Origin: Ranitomeya imitator
Lineage: Eukaryota
Reading direction: 5' to 3'
Assembly (NCBI RefSeq): GCF_032444005.1
Contig: NC_091288.1
Span: forward strand, 212,536,001-212,600,000
Length of the DNA: 64,000 bases
Shown one piece after another: positions 23,801 to 35,905 of the stretch (its first letter is position 1; each line of letters opens with the position of its first letter). The notes below the pieces were generated by a model. The model did no database searches. It was given only the letters and a program-made list of their open reading frames with translations, and was not told where the DNA came from. Made by a program: the position numbers and the translations under genes.

Positions 23801-26486
23801 GTCTGGGGACACGTGACACTAGTTGTGATATTAGGGGATTCTGCACTACAGCCGGCCTGTGATGTGGCTGATAACAGCGAGCCAGAGACCGCACCACCGG
23901 GGCTCCGGGTCTGAGCTGTAGTCTTGCATTCAATGGTCATTTCTTCTTGAATCCTAACGCTTCTTGTCTCCGTCTCTTGCAGTGTGACCTGTTCATTCAG
24001 GAAGGAGCACATTTAGGCAGAACTCCGGCCGAGGTGGTCTCTACCTGCGACATCACGTTTGCCTGCGTGGCGGACCCCACAGCGGCTAAGGACGTACGTT
24101 GTCTCCATGTTGTGGCGTTGTATGTAAATGCGGGGTGGTGGCCGCCCTAATATATTCATGGGTTATCCCTGGGGGTCCGGCATGTGTTTGACCATTGCTA
24201 TGTGGGTCCAGGAGTTGTTGGACCCGTAGATTGTTAGTTGCTGGTGGCCGCGGCAGGGAGGCTGCTGGTGGCCGCGGCGGCGGGGAGGCTGCTGGTGGCC
24301 GCGGCGGCGGGGAGGCTGCTGGTGGCCGCGGCGGCGGGGAGGCTGCTGGTGGCCGCGGCGGCGGGGAGGCTGCTGGTGGACTTGTTCTTTAATATGGTCA
24401 TCTCTGCCTTCAGCTGGTGCTGGGACCTAGCGGGGTGCTGCAGGGGATCCGTCCAGGGAAGTGTTATGTGGACATGTCTACGGTGGACCCAGAGACGGTG
24501 GCAGAGTTGGCACAGGTACCATTCTATTATCAGTCTGTGATGTGACCTCGTACCCCAGCACGTGCACCCCCTCACCTCTCCTTCCTTCAGGTGATAGTGT
24601 CTCGGGGCGGCCGCTTCCTAGAAGCCCCCGTGGCCGGCAACCAGCAGCTGTCCAATGACGGCATGTTGATGATCCTGGCAGCCGGAGACCACAGCGTCTT
24701 TGAAGATTGCACCAGCTGCTTCCAGGCCATGGGCAGGACGTCCTTCTTTCTGGGTAAGCTGCTGCCATGTTTGGATTCCATACTGATACCTGAAGGTGAT
24801 GGCGCCAGCCGTCCTCGTACCCATGATCCGCCATCCTGGCATATAAGCTGGCACGTGGAGGGCGAATGCTGCTTGCGTGGCATGGAGGCTGGCACATGGA
24901 GGGCGGAAGCCACTGACTGTAACATGTGTATCTCTCTCATCCAGGCGAGGTGGGTAACGCAGCACGAATGATGCTCATCATTAACATGGTTCAGGGCAGC
25001 TTCATGGCCACGATAGCGGAGGGCATGACCTTGGCGCAGGTGACCGGCCAGTCGCAGCAGACCCTGCTGGACATTTTGATCCAGAGCCAGCTCTCCAGTA
25101 TTTTCCTGGACCAAAAGTGCCAAAGTAAGAAAGAAATAATGCCGCCATCTCCTTCCTCCTGCTCCATTGTCACTCTGAAGGCCGTGAAATCGCCAATGTT
25201 GTGGCCTCTTTTTTTTTTTTTTTTTTTTTCTTTTTCCTCCCGCTTTTCTTCCTGCTCCTNNNNNNNNNNNNNNNNNNNNNNNNNNNNNNNNNNNNNNNNN
25301 NNNNNNNNNNNNNNNNNNNNNNNNNNNNNNNNNNNNNNNNNNNNNNNNNNNNNNNNNNNNNNNNNNNNNNNNNNNNNNNNNNNNNNNNNNNNNNNNNNNN
25401 NNNNNNNNNNNNNNNNNNNNNNNNNNNNNNNNNNNNNNNNNNNNNNNNNNNNNNNNNNNNNTTCCTCCTCCTCCCTCTTNNNNNNNNNNNNNNNNNNNNN
25501 NNNNNNNNNNNNNNNNNNNNNNNNNNNNNNNNNNNNNNNNNNNNNNNNNNNNNNNNNNNNNNNNNNNNNNNNNNNNNNNNNNNNNNNNNNNNNNNNNNNN
25601 NNNNNNNNNNNNNNNNNNNNNNNNNNNNNNNNNNNNNNNNNNNNNNNNNNNNNNNNNNNNNNNNNNNNNNNNNNNNNNNNNNNNNNNNNNNNNNNTTTTC
25701 CTTCTCCCCGCAGCTCTGTTTTCCTCCTCCTCCTCACCACAGCTTTTTCTCCTCAGACATCCTGCAGGGGAACTTTAAACCAGACTTCTATCTAAAGTAC
25801 ATCCAGAAGGACCTGCGGCTCGCCATCGCCATGGGAGACTCCGTCAACCACCCCACCCCTATGGCCGCCGCAGCCAACGAGGTGAGGCAATCTCCGGAGA
25901 GTCAGGCTAATGGGGGAGGGGAGGTACAATGTTCCTGGCTTTTTATTTTTGCATCTCGCGCTGCCAGCAATAATAACCGCAGTGCGGAGCCCAGATCGTC
26001 AGTGCTGGTCCTGCGTCATACACAGACGTCTCAGAAGTGTGGCCCTGGCTCCTGTGGGCTGATACGTGTTGTCTGACAGCTCCTGGAAGAAGGGAAAAGA
26101 GAAATCGCCATTGCTGGGTTACTGTTTACTGGGCACAGCGCCATCTGTTTCCTAGTGGCGGTGCCTGGTACTGCAGCTGTGTCTCCTTGAAGTAAATAGG
26201 ACTGAGCTTCAGGATCGTCCATCACTTACGCAGAGCCCTTTTATTGGGGGTCATCCATGATTACACTATCGTGGTTGTTTGCAGCTCCACCCCTGACGTT
26301 AGGTTGTGACTGGTATTGCATCTCCGCCCCATTAAAGTGAAGGGAGATAATGCAGCAGCGCCCCTTATTTAGAGCGCCCCCTTCTCACCCCCGTGTGTTT
26401 CTTTCCGACAGGTCTACAAAAGAGCGAAAGCATTGGACCAATCTGACAACGACATGTCCGCCGTGTACAGGGCCTACATCCACTAG
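14809..26486 (+). CDS. GLYR1: GLYR1 / N-PAC / NP60 (PWWP + AT-hook + LSD2-binding linker + inactive beta-hydroxyacid dehydrogenase domain), 532 aa
   Basis: 16 GT-AG coding exons: 14809-14849, 16801-16837, 17113-17192, 18974-19115, 20158-20334, 20490-20576, 21313-21366, 22045-22095, 22180-22253, 22749-22848, 23983-24093, 24414-24515, 24591-24753, 24945-25124, 25757-25881, 26412-26486 (1599 nt, in frame). Motifs [34 protein letters not shown] and [12 protein letters not shown]; ends [10 protein letters not shown]. Confidence 0.96.
14997..16209. repeat. G-rich 36-bp minisatellite in GLYR1 intron 1 (two sub-variants)
   Basis: Units GGATCCAGGCAGGGGATCTGGTGTGAGGGAGAGGAA then GGATCCAGGCGGGGGATGTGGTGTGAAGGAGAGGCA. 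Confidence 0.9.
17330..18916. repeat. 86-bp tandem repeat, about 18 copies, GLYR1 intron 3; same family as 4957-7053 in opposite genomic orientation
   Basis: Unit is the reverse complement of the UBN1-intron unit; the same 64-aa ORFs appear on the minus strand. Confidence 0.95.
24240..24378. repeat. 27-bp GC-rich tandem repeat, about 5 copies, GLYR1 intron 11
   Basis: Unit GAGGCTGCTGGTGGCCGCGGCGGCGGG. Confidence 0.85.
25260..25695. other. Two runs of N (25260-25461 and 25480-25695) in GLYR1 intron 14
   Basis: Undetermined bases flanked by pyrimidine-rich CTC/CTT sequence. Confidence 0.98.
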
Positions 26487-26828
26487 TTCCTCCATTTCAC
26501 TCTCCAGGATCCTTCTTCTTCTGGTTTTCCGCCTCTGTCTTTTTTTTTCTCCCCTCCAGATATATATATTTTTTTCTCATTTGGCACCAGTGTCTCGTTG
26601 TCGGTGAACTATCGGCTCCTGTCCAGGCAGCGGTGCTGGATCCGCTCCAGCCTTGCACTAATGGCGACAGTTCCGCCGCTCTCTCTATATCCGTAGTGAC
26701 CCGTTCTTACAGAAGTGGACCCTCCTGGTGCGCAGGACTTGTAGCCGGAGTGACCCCCTCCCCACCCCCGGTGCATGCTCATCTCGAGGACCGTCCACTT
26801 CACTGCTGAAGGACACACGAACGTTACC

Positions 26829-26892
26829 TTGTGGACGCCGGAGCGCCACCTTGTGGACACCGGAGCGCCACCTTGTGGACACCGGAGCGCCT
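26829..26892. repeat. 22-bp repeat x3 in GLYR1 3' UTR
   Basis: CCTTGTGGAC(A/G)CCGGAGCGCCA repeated. Confidence 0.8.
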
Positions 26893-28876
26893 GTCCTCCA
26901 GATGACTACTTTCTTTTAAGATGATTCTCCTAGTTGTACAGTGCACAAGATATTTTTTTCTTTTTCTTGCATCTCCCGACTTTTCTCCACCCATCGGCCG
27001 GTCTCTGATCATCCACTTTTTGTTTATCCCCCTATGGACTGTACTATTAAGAGCAAGGTGCGGTTGGTCGTGCACCATGTAACACGGTGGCTCACAGAAC
27101 TACAACTCCCAGAATTCCCCAGTAGCCAATGCCTGTCAAGCTGCTGTAAAACTACAACTCCCAGCATGCTCGTGAAGCCATTGGCTCTTCATGTTGTTGC
27201 AAAAATACAACTCCCAGCGCGTGCGGATAGCCAGTGCCACCCCAAAACTACAACTCCCAGCATGCCTGCAATGCAAATAACTGTTCTAGGCATGCTGGGA
27301 GTTGTAGTTTTGTGACATCTGGAGAGACACAGGTTGAAAACCGCAGCTGTCCAGTCTGGGCTCCTATGAAATCCATTTTTTTTTTCCCCCCAGGTTTTAT
27401 TTTTTTGTGCAAAACCCTCTGCCTGACTCCCCCTCATCGTCTCCTGTTACCAGATGTCGCACTTTTTTACCTTCGTCCCCCGATCTTCAGTCCCGGGGGT
27501 CCTTCAGCCGTTTCATTACTAGTGGCAGCTAAACCCGTCTCTCCTTGTAGATGCAGAAATTTGTCTTTTTGCTTTAATTTTTTATTTTTTTTTCCCTCTG
27601 CTTTTTCCACCTTTTGCTGAAGGCTTTTTAAAAGAAATCCTGGTTTTATTTATTTAGGTTTTATTGTGCTTTTTTTTTTTTAATTTTCTTCTTTCTTTTA
27701 TTACAGGATTGAGGTTCTTTTCTACTGTGATTTAAGCTTAGAATTGAGGGGGCTTCAAGCAGGATTTCCCAGGGAGGATTCTAGTGATGAGTCAAAAGTG
27801 AATCTCCACTTTTTTTTTCTCTCTCTTTTTTGCCTTTTTATTGTCCGGCGTTCCGTGCTGATTTTATTTTATCATGTGTTTTATGGCGATTATTTGTTTT
27901 TGTGATCTAAAGCTCCAACTCCTTTACATGGACATATGAAGCATGTGATTCCTGCAGACACCACTAGAGGGAGCTCTGCTTCCGCACTGCAGTGAGCTCC
28001 CTCTAGTGGTGGCTTCAGGAATGACGCTTCATGTCACTTGTAGCTTTGGATCAGATGATCTGTGGCCGTGGTAAAGATATATTATAGGAAATGGTGGACA
28101 TTCACTTTCAGGTAGATGTAGCTGCTCCCTGGGAACTTCTGAAAGGTCGCAGAGGACATCAGTGACCTCTCTCTTTATTGGATCCCCCTTTTTTGCCGTT
28201 TCAAAGAGGGTCCGTAGGGCAGTGCTCTCCGGCTGCTGCAGGACTACATACCCCATCATGTCCTGCATTCTGAGCAGGATGGGGGATGTAGTTCTGCTGC
28301 AGCCGGAGAGCCGCAGGGAGGGGGAGGGCGATGCTCTACAGTAATGGTCCCCAGATGGAGCAGAGCTACGATTCCCATCATTCACGCACAGCCTATGGCA
28401 TGATGGGAACTGTAGTTCTGCATCAGCTGGCGAGGACTTTACCAACGTCATGCTTTCATATCGGGGAGTCTCGAGCTGTCTGGAGACTACAACTCCCAGC
28501 ATGCTGTAGAGCCCCGAGTTGGAGACCAGTGATTGGGAACCTTGATTTGATTTCCCCCTTAGTGCATAAGTTTTCACACCGGTTGACAAAAGAACACGGT
28601 ACCGACACCCGGGTGCAGGATGTCAGGAAGATCCCGCTCCGTCCTGTCCGTATACTCGTCTCCATCACTTTTCCCTCTGATCAGACTACCCTGCATTTTT
28701 TTTTTGGATTTATTTTATTTTGGGAGGGGTGGGAAGGGTATTGGGGGAGGGGCTTGTGAAAGGGGAGGGGCTTTTATGTTTTATAATTCAAAGTTTTGTC
28801 ATTGGAAAATAGTGTGGTTATATGGGGGAGGGGCGGGGGAGGGAGTTTTGTGCAATTAGCAATGCTACTGGCAAAT

Positions 28877-28882
28877 AATAAA
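28877..28882 (+). terminator. Probable GLYR1 polyadenylation signal
   Basis: AATAAA about 2.4 kb after the stop codon, followed by T-rich sequence; not transcript-verified. Confidence 0.5.
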
Positions 28883-29354
28883 GCCTTCCTTGTTAATTAT
28901 TTACATGGCGCCTTCTTCATGGAATTAGCCGTCGTGTCCACGTCTGGAAAAGCTGGGTGACCAGCAATATGGCCGCCGCCACCGCAACGGTTGTCACTCG
29001 GCCTTTTTGGGTTTGACCTTGCAAAACTGCCTACACTTTCCTGAAAAGGACGGCATCCTCCTGTTCAGTGCCCCCCGAGAAATATCAATCTCGTACCTCC
29101 TGGTTCTACGGTGCCCCCTTCCCAACTTAAGTCTCCCAGAAGTAAAACTGACCCTAGCCCAGACCCAAAACTTGTAGAGACCCCAGATCAGGCCCCTAAA
29201 TATTCACTGACCTAATATATCCTCTATTGTGTGAGCTAATGGAGACCCCAGGCCAATGCCTTTACTATTAGAGGCCGGACCCCTCGTTACTAATAACCTC
29301 AAGATCAAATCTCTCCCTTATATGTTAGAGCCCCAATAGTAAAGCACCGGGATC

Positions 29355-31232
29355 GGACCCCTTATACTATTGGTGCCCCGACCACCCCCCCCTTATACTA
29401 ATGGTGCCCTGACCCCCCCCTTATACTAATGGTGCCCCGACCCCCCCCCCCCCCTTATACTTATGGTGCCCCGACCCCCCCCTTATACTAATGGTGCCCC
29501 GACCCCCCCCTTATACTAATGGTGCCCTGACCCCCCCCCCTTATACTATTGGTGCCCCGACCACCCCCCCCCCTTATACTAATGGTGCCCCGACGTCCCC
29601 CCTTATACTAATGGTGCCCCGACCCCCCCCCCCCCCCCTTATACTTATGGTGCCCCGACCCCCCCCCTTATACTAATGGTGCCCCGACCCCCCCCTTATA
29701 CTAATGGTGCCCTGACCCCCCCCCCCTTATACTATTGGTGCCCCGACCACCCCCCCCCCCTTATACTAATGGTGCCCCGACCCCCCCCCCTTATACTTAT
29801 GGTGCCCCGACCCCCCCCTTATACTAATGGTGCCCTGACCCCCCCCCATATACTAATGGTGCCCCGACTCCCCCTTATACTAATGGTGCCCCGACTCCCC
29901 CTTATACTAATGGTGCCCCGACTCCCCCTTATACTAATGGTGCCCCGACCCCCCCCCCCTTATACTTATGGTGCCCCGACCCCTTATACTAATGGTGCCC
30001 CGACTCCCCCTTATACTAATGGTGCCCCGACTCCCCCTTATACTAATGGTGCCCCGACCCCCCCCTTATACTAATGGTGCCCCGACTCCCCCCTTATACT
30101 AATGGTGCCCTGACCCCCCTTATACTAATGGTGCCCCGACCCCCCCCCCCTTATACTTATGGTGCCCCGACCCCTTATACTAATGGTGCCCCGACCCCCC
30201 CTTATACTAATGGTGCCCCGACCCCCCCTTATACTAATGGTGCCCCGACCCCCCTTATACTAATGGTGCCCCGACCCCCCTTATACTAATGGTGCCCCGA
30301 CTCCCCCTTATACTAATGGTGCCCCGACCCCCCTTATACTAATGGTGCCCCGACTCCCCCTTATACTAATGGTGCCCCGACCCCCCTTATACTATTGGTG
30401 CCCCGACCACCCCCCCCTTATACTAATGGTGCCCCGACGTCCCCCCTTATACTAATGGTGCCCCGACGTCCCCCCTTATACTAATGGTGCCCCGACCCCC
30501 CCCCCCCTTATACTTATGGTGCCCCGACCCCCCCCTTATACTAATGGTGCCCTGACCCCCCCTTATACTAATGGTGCCCCGACCCCTTATACTAATGGTG
30601 CCCCGACTCCCCCTTATACTAATGGTGCCCCGACTCCCCCTTATACTAATGGTGCCCCGACTCCCCCTTATACTAATGGTGCCCCGACCACCCCTTATAC
30701 TAATGGTGCCCCGACCACCCCCCCCTTATACTAATGGTGCCCCGACCCCTTATACTAATGGTGCCCCGACCCCCCCTTATACTAATGGTGCCCCGACTCC
30801 CCCTTATACTAATGGTGCCCCGACTCCCCCTTATACTAATGGTGCCCCGACTCCCCCTTATACTAATGGTGCCCCGACCCCCCTTATACTAATGGTGCCC
30901 CGACCCCCCTTATACTAATGGTGCCCCGACCCCCCCCCCCTCCCCCTTATACTAATGGTGCCCTGACCCCCCCTTATACTAATGGTGCCCCGACCCCCCC
31001 TTATACTAATGGTGCCCCGACCCCCCCTTATACTAATGGTGCCCCGACCCCCCTTATACTAATGGTGCCCCGACCCCCCCCCCTTATACTAATGGTGCCC
31101 CGACCCCCCCCTTATACTAATGGAGCCCCGACTCCCCCTTATACTAATGGTGCCCCGACCCCCCCTTATACTAATGGTGCCCCGACGCTGTACCCCTTAT
31201 ACTAATAGAGCACTGACGCTGGACCCCTTTAT
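29355..31232. repeat. C-rich minisatellite of about 27-30 bp with variable poly-C
   Basis: Unit CCCCTTATACTAATGGTGCCCCGAC(C/T)C; related to the 31-bp array at 35906-40558. Confidence 0.92.
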
Positions 31233-31449
31233 AACGGGTGGGGAACATTTTGTCTGCCAGGGGCCATTTGGAAATTTATACCTTCCATCAGGGACCGTAC
31301 AAAATTATCAACTTGAAAATGTCCTGCTATATTTGGGTAAACATTTCATTAACTCACCTGTAATGTGATGACTGGAGCTGCCGGTCTCCTCACACTGGGA
31401 AGCTCATTACTGCTCACTTTACATTGATAGAACTCAAGCCGAGGTAGAC

Positions 31450-32460
31450 CTGCAGTATATACATCACATAGGAGACACCGAGACTGCTGTATATACATCA
31501 CATAGGAGATGCCGGGACTGCTGTATATACACATCACATAGGAGACACCCAGACTGCTGTATATAAATCACATAGGAGATGCCGGGACTGCTGTATGTAC
31601 ACATCACATAGGAGACACCCAGACTTCTATATATACTCATCACATAGGAGACACCCAGACTGCTGTATATACACATCACATAGACGCCCAGACTGCTGTA
31701 TGTACACATCACATAGGAGACACCCAGACTGCTCTATATACACATCACATAGGAGACGCCCAGACTGCTCTATATACACATCACATAGGAGACGCCCAGA
31801 CTGCTGTATATAGACATCACATAGGTGACACCCAGGCTGCTGTATGTACACATCACATAGGAGACGCCCAGACTGCTGTATGTACACATCACATAGGAGA
31901 CACCCAGACTGCTGTATATACACATCACATAGGAGACGCCCAGACTGCTGTATGTACACATCACATAGGAGACACCCAGGCTGCTGTATGTACACATCAC
32001 ATAGGTGACACCCAGACTGCTGTATATACACATCACATAGGAGACGCCCAGACTGCTGTATATACACATCACATAGGAGACGCCCAGACTGCTGTATATA
32101 GACATCACATAGGTGACACCCAGGCTGCTGTATGTACACATCACATAGGAGACGCCCAGACTGCTGTATATACACATCACATAGGTGACGCCCAGACTGC
32201 TGTATATACACATCACATAGAAGACGCCCAGACTGCTGTATATACACATCACATAGGAGACGCCCAGACTGCTGTATATAGACATCACATAGGTGACACC
32301 CAGGCTGCTGTATGTACACATCACATAGGAGACGCCCAGACTGCTGTATATACACATCACATAGGTGACGCCCAGACTGCTGTATATACACATCACATAG
32401 GTGACGCCCAGACTGCTGTATATACACATCACATAGGAGACGCCCAGACTGCTGTATATA
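31450..32460. repeat. 36-bp minisatellite, left part
   Basis: Unit CATCACATAGG(A/T)GAC(G/A)CCCAGACTGCTGTATATACA. Confidence 0.93.
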
Positions 32461-32738
32461 CAGGTCCTTCTCAAAAACTTAGCATATAGTGTTAAATTTC
32501 ATTATTTACCATAATGTAATGATTACAATTAAACTTTCATATATTATAGATTCATTATCCACCAACTGAAATTTGTCAGGTCTTTTATTGTTTTAATACT
32601 GATGATTTTGGCATACAACTCCTGATAACCCAAAAAACCTGTCTCAATAAATTAGCATATTTCACCCATCCAATCAAATAAAAGTGTTTTTTAATAACAA
32701 ACAAAAAAACCAACAAATAATAATGTTCAGTTATGCAC

Positions 32739-34457
32739 TCAATACTTGGTGGGGAATCCTTTGGCAGAAATGACTGCTTCAATGCGGCGTGGCATGGAGG
32801 CAATCAGCCTGTGACACTGCTGAGATGTTATGGAGGCCCAGGATGCTTCAATAGCGGCCTTAAGCTCATCCAGAGTGTTGGGTCTTGCGTCTCTCAACTT
32901 TCTCTTCACAATATCCCACAGATTCTCTATGGGGTTCAGGTCAGGAGAGTTGGCAGGCCAATTGAGCACAGTAATACCATGGTCAGTAAACCATTTACCA
33001 GTGGTTTTGGCACTGTGAGCAGGTGCCAGGTCGTGCTGAAAAATGAAATCTTCATCTCCATAAAGCATTTCAGCCGATGGAAGCATGAAGTGCTCCAAAA
33101 TCTCCTGATAGCTAGCTGCATTGACCCTGCCCTTGATGAAACACAGTGGACCAACACCAGCAGCTGACATGGCACCCCACACCATCACTGACTGTGGGTA
33201 CTTGACACTGGACTTCAGGCATTTTGGCATTTCCTTCTCCCCAGTCTTCCTCCAGACTCTGGCACCTTGATTTCCGAATGACATGCAAAATTTGCTTTCA
33301 TCAGAAAAAAGTACTTGGGACCACTTAGCAACAGTCCAGTGCTGCTTCTCTGTAGCCCAGGTCAGGCGCCTCTGCCGCTGTTTATGGTTCAAAAGTGGCT
33401 TTACCTGGGGAATGCGGCACCTGTAGCCCATTTCCTGCACACGCCTGTGCACGGTGGCTCTGGATGTTTCCACACCAGACTCAGTCCACTGCTTCCTCAG
33501 GTTCCCCAAGGTCTGGAATCGGTCCTTCTCCACAATCTTCCTCAGGGTCCGGTCTCCTCTTCTCGTTGTACAGCGTTTTCTGCCACATTGTTTCCTTCCA
33601 ACAGACTTACCATTGAGGTGCCTTGATACAGCACTCTGGGAACAGCCTATTTGTTGAGAAATTTCTTTCTGGGTCTTAAGGTACCTTCACACATAACGAT
33701 ATTGTTGCTTTTTGTGACGTAGCAACGATATCGTTAATGAAATCGTTATGTGTGACAGCGACCAACGATCAGGCCCCTGCTGGGAGATCGTTGGTCGCTG
33801 AATAAAGTCCAGAACTTTATTTCGTCGCTGGATCTCCCGCTGACATCGCTGGATCGGCGTGTGTGACAGCGATCCAGCGATGTCTTCACTGGTAACCAGG
33901 GTAAACATCGGGTAACTAAGCGCAGGGCCGCGCTTAGTAACCCGATGTTTACCCTGGTTACCATGCTAAAAGTAAAAAAAAACAAACACTAGATACTTAC
34001 CTAACGCTGTCTGTCCTCCAGCGCTGCGCTCTGCACTCCTCCTGTACTGGCTGTGAGCCGGAAAGCAGAGCGGTGACGTCACCGCTCTGCTTTCCGGCTC
34101 CCAGACAGTACAGGAGGAGAGCAGAGAAGCAGAGCACAGCGCTGGAGGACAGACGGCTGTAGGTAAGTATCTAGTGTTTGTTTTTTTTTACTTTTAGCAT
34201 GGTAACCAGGGTAAACATCGGGTTACTAAGCGCGGCCCTGCGCTTAGTAACCCGATGTTTACCCTAGTTACCGGCATCGTTGGTCGCTGGAGAGCGGTCT
34301 GTGTGACAGCTCTCCAGCGACCAAACAGCGACGCTGCAGCGATCCGAATCGTCGGTATCGCTGCAGCGTCGCTAAGTGTGACGGTACCTTAACCCTCTTG
34401 CTTGAGGGTGTCAATGATGGCCTTCTTGACATCTGTCAGGTCGCTAGTCTTACCCAT
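32739..34457 (-). pseudogene. Tc1 transposase disrupted by a 714-bp insertion; reconstructs to an open 334-aa frame
   Basis: ATG at 34457 (MGKTSDLTDVKKAIIDTLKQEG). Joining 34393 to 33678 continues in frame (KTQKEISQQIGCSQSAVSRHL...GRKR). Catalytic motifs VLFSDE, FQHDLAPAH and SPDLNPIE, with 34 residues between D and E. Confidence 0.9.
33679..34389. mobile_element. MITE inserted in the Tc1 transposase 5' region (PIF/Harbinger-like TWA target; TTAA reading also possible)
   Basis: TIRs AGGTACCTTCACACATAACGA / TCGCTAAGTGTGACGGTACCT; flanks TTA (33676-33678) and TAA (34390-34392); strongly self-complementary interior. Confidence 0.8.
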
Positions 34458-34786
34458 GATGGGGGTTTTGAGTAATGAACCCGGCAGGGAGTTTATAAAA
34501 GCCTCAGGTATCTTTTGCATGTGTTTAGAGTTAATTAGTTGATTTAGAAGATTAGGGTAATACGTCGTTTAGAGAACCTTTTCTTGATATGCTAATTTAT
34601 TGAGACAGGTTTTTTGGGTTATCAGGAGTTGTATGCCAAAATCATCAGTATTAAAACAATAAAAGACCTGACAAATTTCAGTTGGTGGATAATGAATCTA
34701 TAATATATGAAAGTTTAATTGTAATCATTACATTATGGTAAATAATGAAATTTAACACTATATGCTAATTTTTTGAGAAGGACCTG

Positions 34787-35545
34787 TACACATCACATAG
34801 GTGACGCCCAGACTGCTCTATATACACATCACATAGGTGACGCCCAGACTGCTGTATATACACATCACATAGGAGACGCCCAGACTGCTGTATATACACA
34901 TCACATAGGAGACGCCCAGACTGCTGTATATACACATCACATAGGTGACGCCCAGACTGCTCTATATACACATCACATAGGTGACGCCCAGACTGCTCTA
35001 TATACACATCACATAGGAGACGCCCAGACTGCTGTATATACACATCACATAGGTGACGCCCAGACTGCTCTATATACACATCACATAGGTGACGCCCAGA
35101 CTGCTCTATATACACATCACATAGGTGACGCCCAGACTGCTCTATATACACATCACATAGGAGACGCCCAGACTGCTGTATATACACATCACATAGGTGA
35201 CGCCCAGACTGCTGTATATACACATCACATAGGTGACGCCCAGACTGCTGTATATACACATCACATAGGAGACGCCCAGACTGCTCTATATACACATCAC
35301 ATAGGAGACGCCCAGACTGCTGTATATACACATCACATAGGTGACGCCCAGACTGCTCTATATACACATCACATAGGTGACGCCCAGACTGCTCTATATA
35401 CACATCACATAGGAGACACCCAGACTGCTGTATATACACATCACATAGGTGAGTCCCAGGCTGCTGTATATACACATCACATAGGAGACACCCAGACTGC
35501 TGTATATACACATCACATAGGTGAGTCCCAGGCTGCTGTATACAG
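34787..35545. repeat. 36-bp minisatellite, right part (continuation after the Tc1)
   Basis: Same unit as 31450-32460, resuming in register at the TA target site. Confidence 0.93.
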
Positions 35546-35905
35546 CACAAAAGATGCACTGAGGCTGGAATACATACAGCACTGGAGACAGGCTGCGGCA
35601 TAGACATCACAGTAGAAGATGAGGGTGTTGGTTTTTTTGTGGAACGTGAGAGTATAACACGTGATATAGAAAGGTCCACCTCTGCTTCCAAAAGTACGTC
35701 CTCACGCTTGCTCTGGCCAGCGTCCGTACGTGATCTTTTATCGCATGTGCTGCAGCATTCAGTAGTGAATTCTGCATGCTCGCAGGGCAAGGAGAAAATG
35801 AAGGGACGGCAGCCTTCAAAATGCAGCTGCCATCCTGAGCACTGCGGTCCTAAGGATTTATCCCGGGTAGTAAATGGCTCCAGAGCCTGAGGATCCCCAT
35901 CCCTG

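Larger units (their letters stand above)
32461..34786 (-). mobile_element. Tc1-family DNA transposon (DD34E, IR/DR-type 200-bp TIRs, TA TSD), interrupted by a MITE
   Basis: TIRs 32461-32660 and 34587-34786 (CAGGTCCTTCTCAAAAA...). TA at 32459-32460 and 34787-34788. Outer and inner direct repeats TCTCAA(A/T)AA..TTAGCATA. Confidence 0.95.
31233..35905. mobile_element. Possible degenerate hAT-like non-autonomous element enclosing the 36-bp minisatellite and the Tc1
   Basis: Left end AACGGGTGGGGAAC versus reverse complement of right end CAGGGATGGGGATC (10/14 identical). Flanks CTTTATAA / ACTTATAG resemble a decayed 8-bp TSD in the host satellite. Weak evidence. Confidence 0.35.

Noticed and set aside
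24926-26076. ORFs of 249-291 aa spanning the N runs
   Set aside because: They are open only because N translates as X; the real parts are GLYR1 exons 14 and 15.
22749-26486. Bacterial-type 3-hydroxyisobutyrate/6-phosphogluconate dehydrogenase (HGT or contamination)
   Set aside because: It is the intron-split C-terminal domain of GLYR1, in frame with the PWWP and AT-hook exons.
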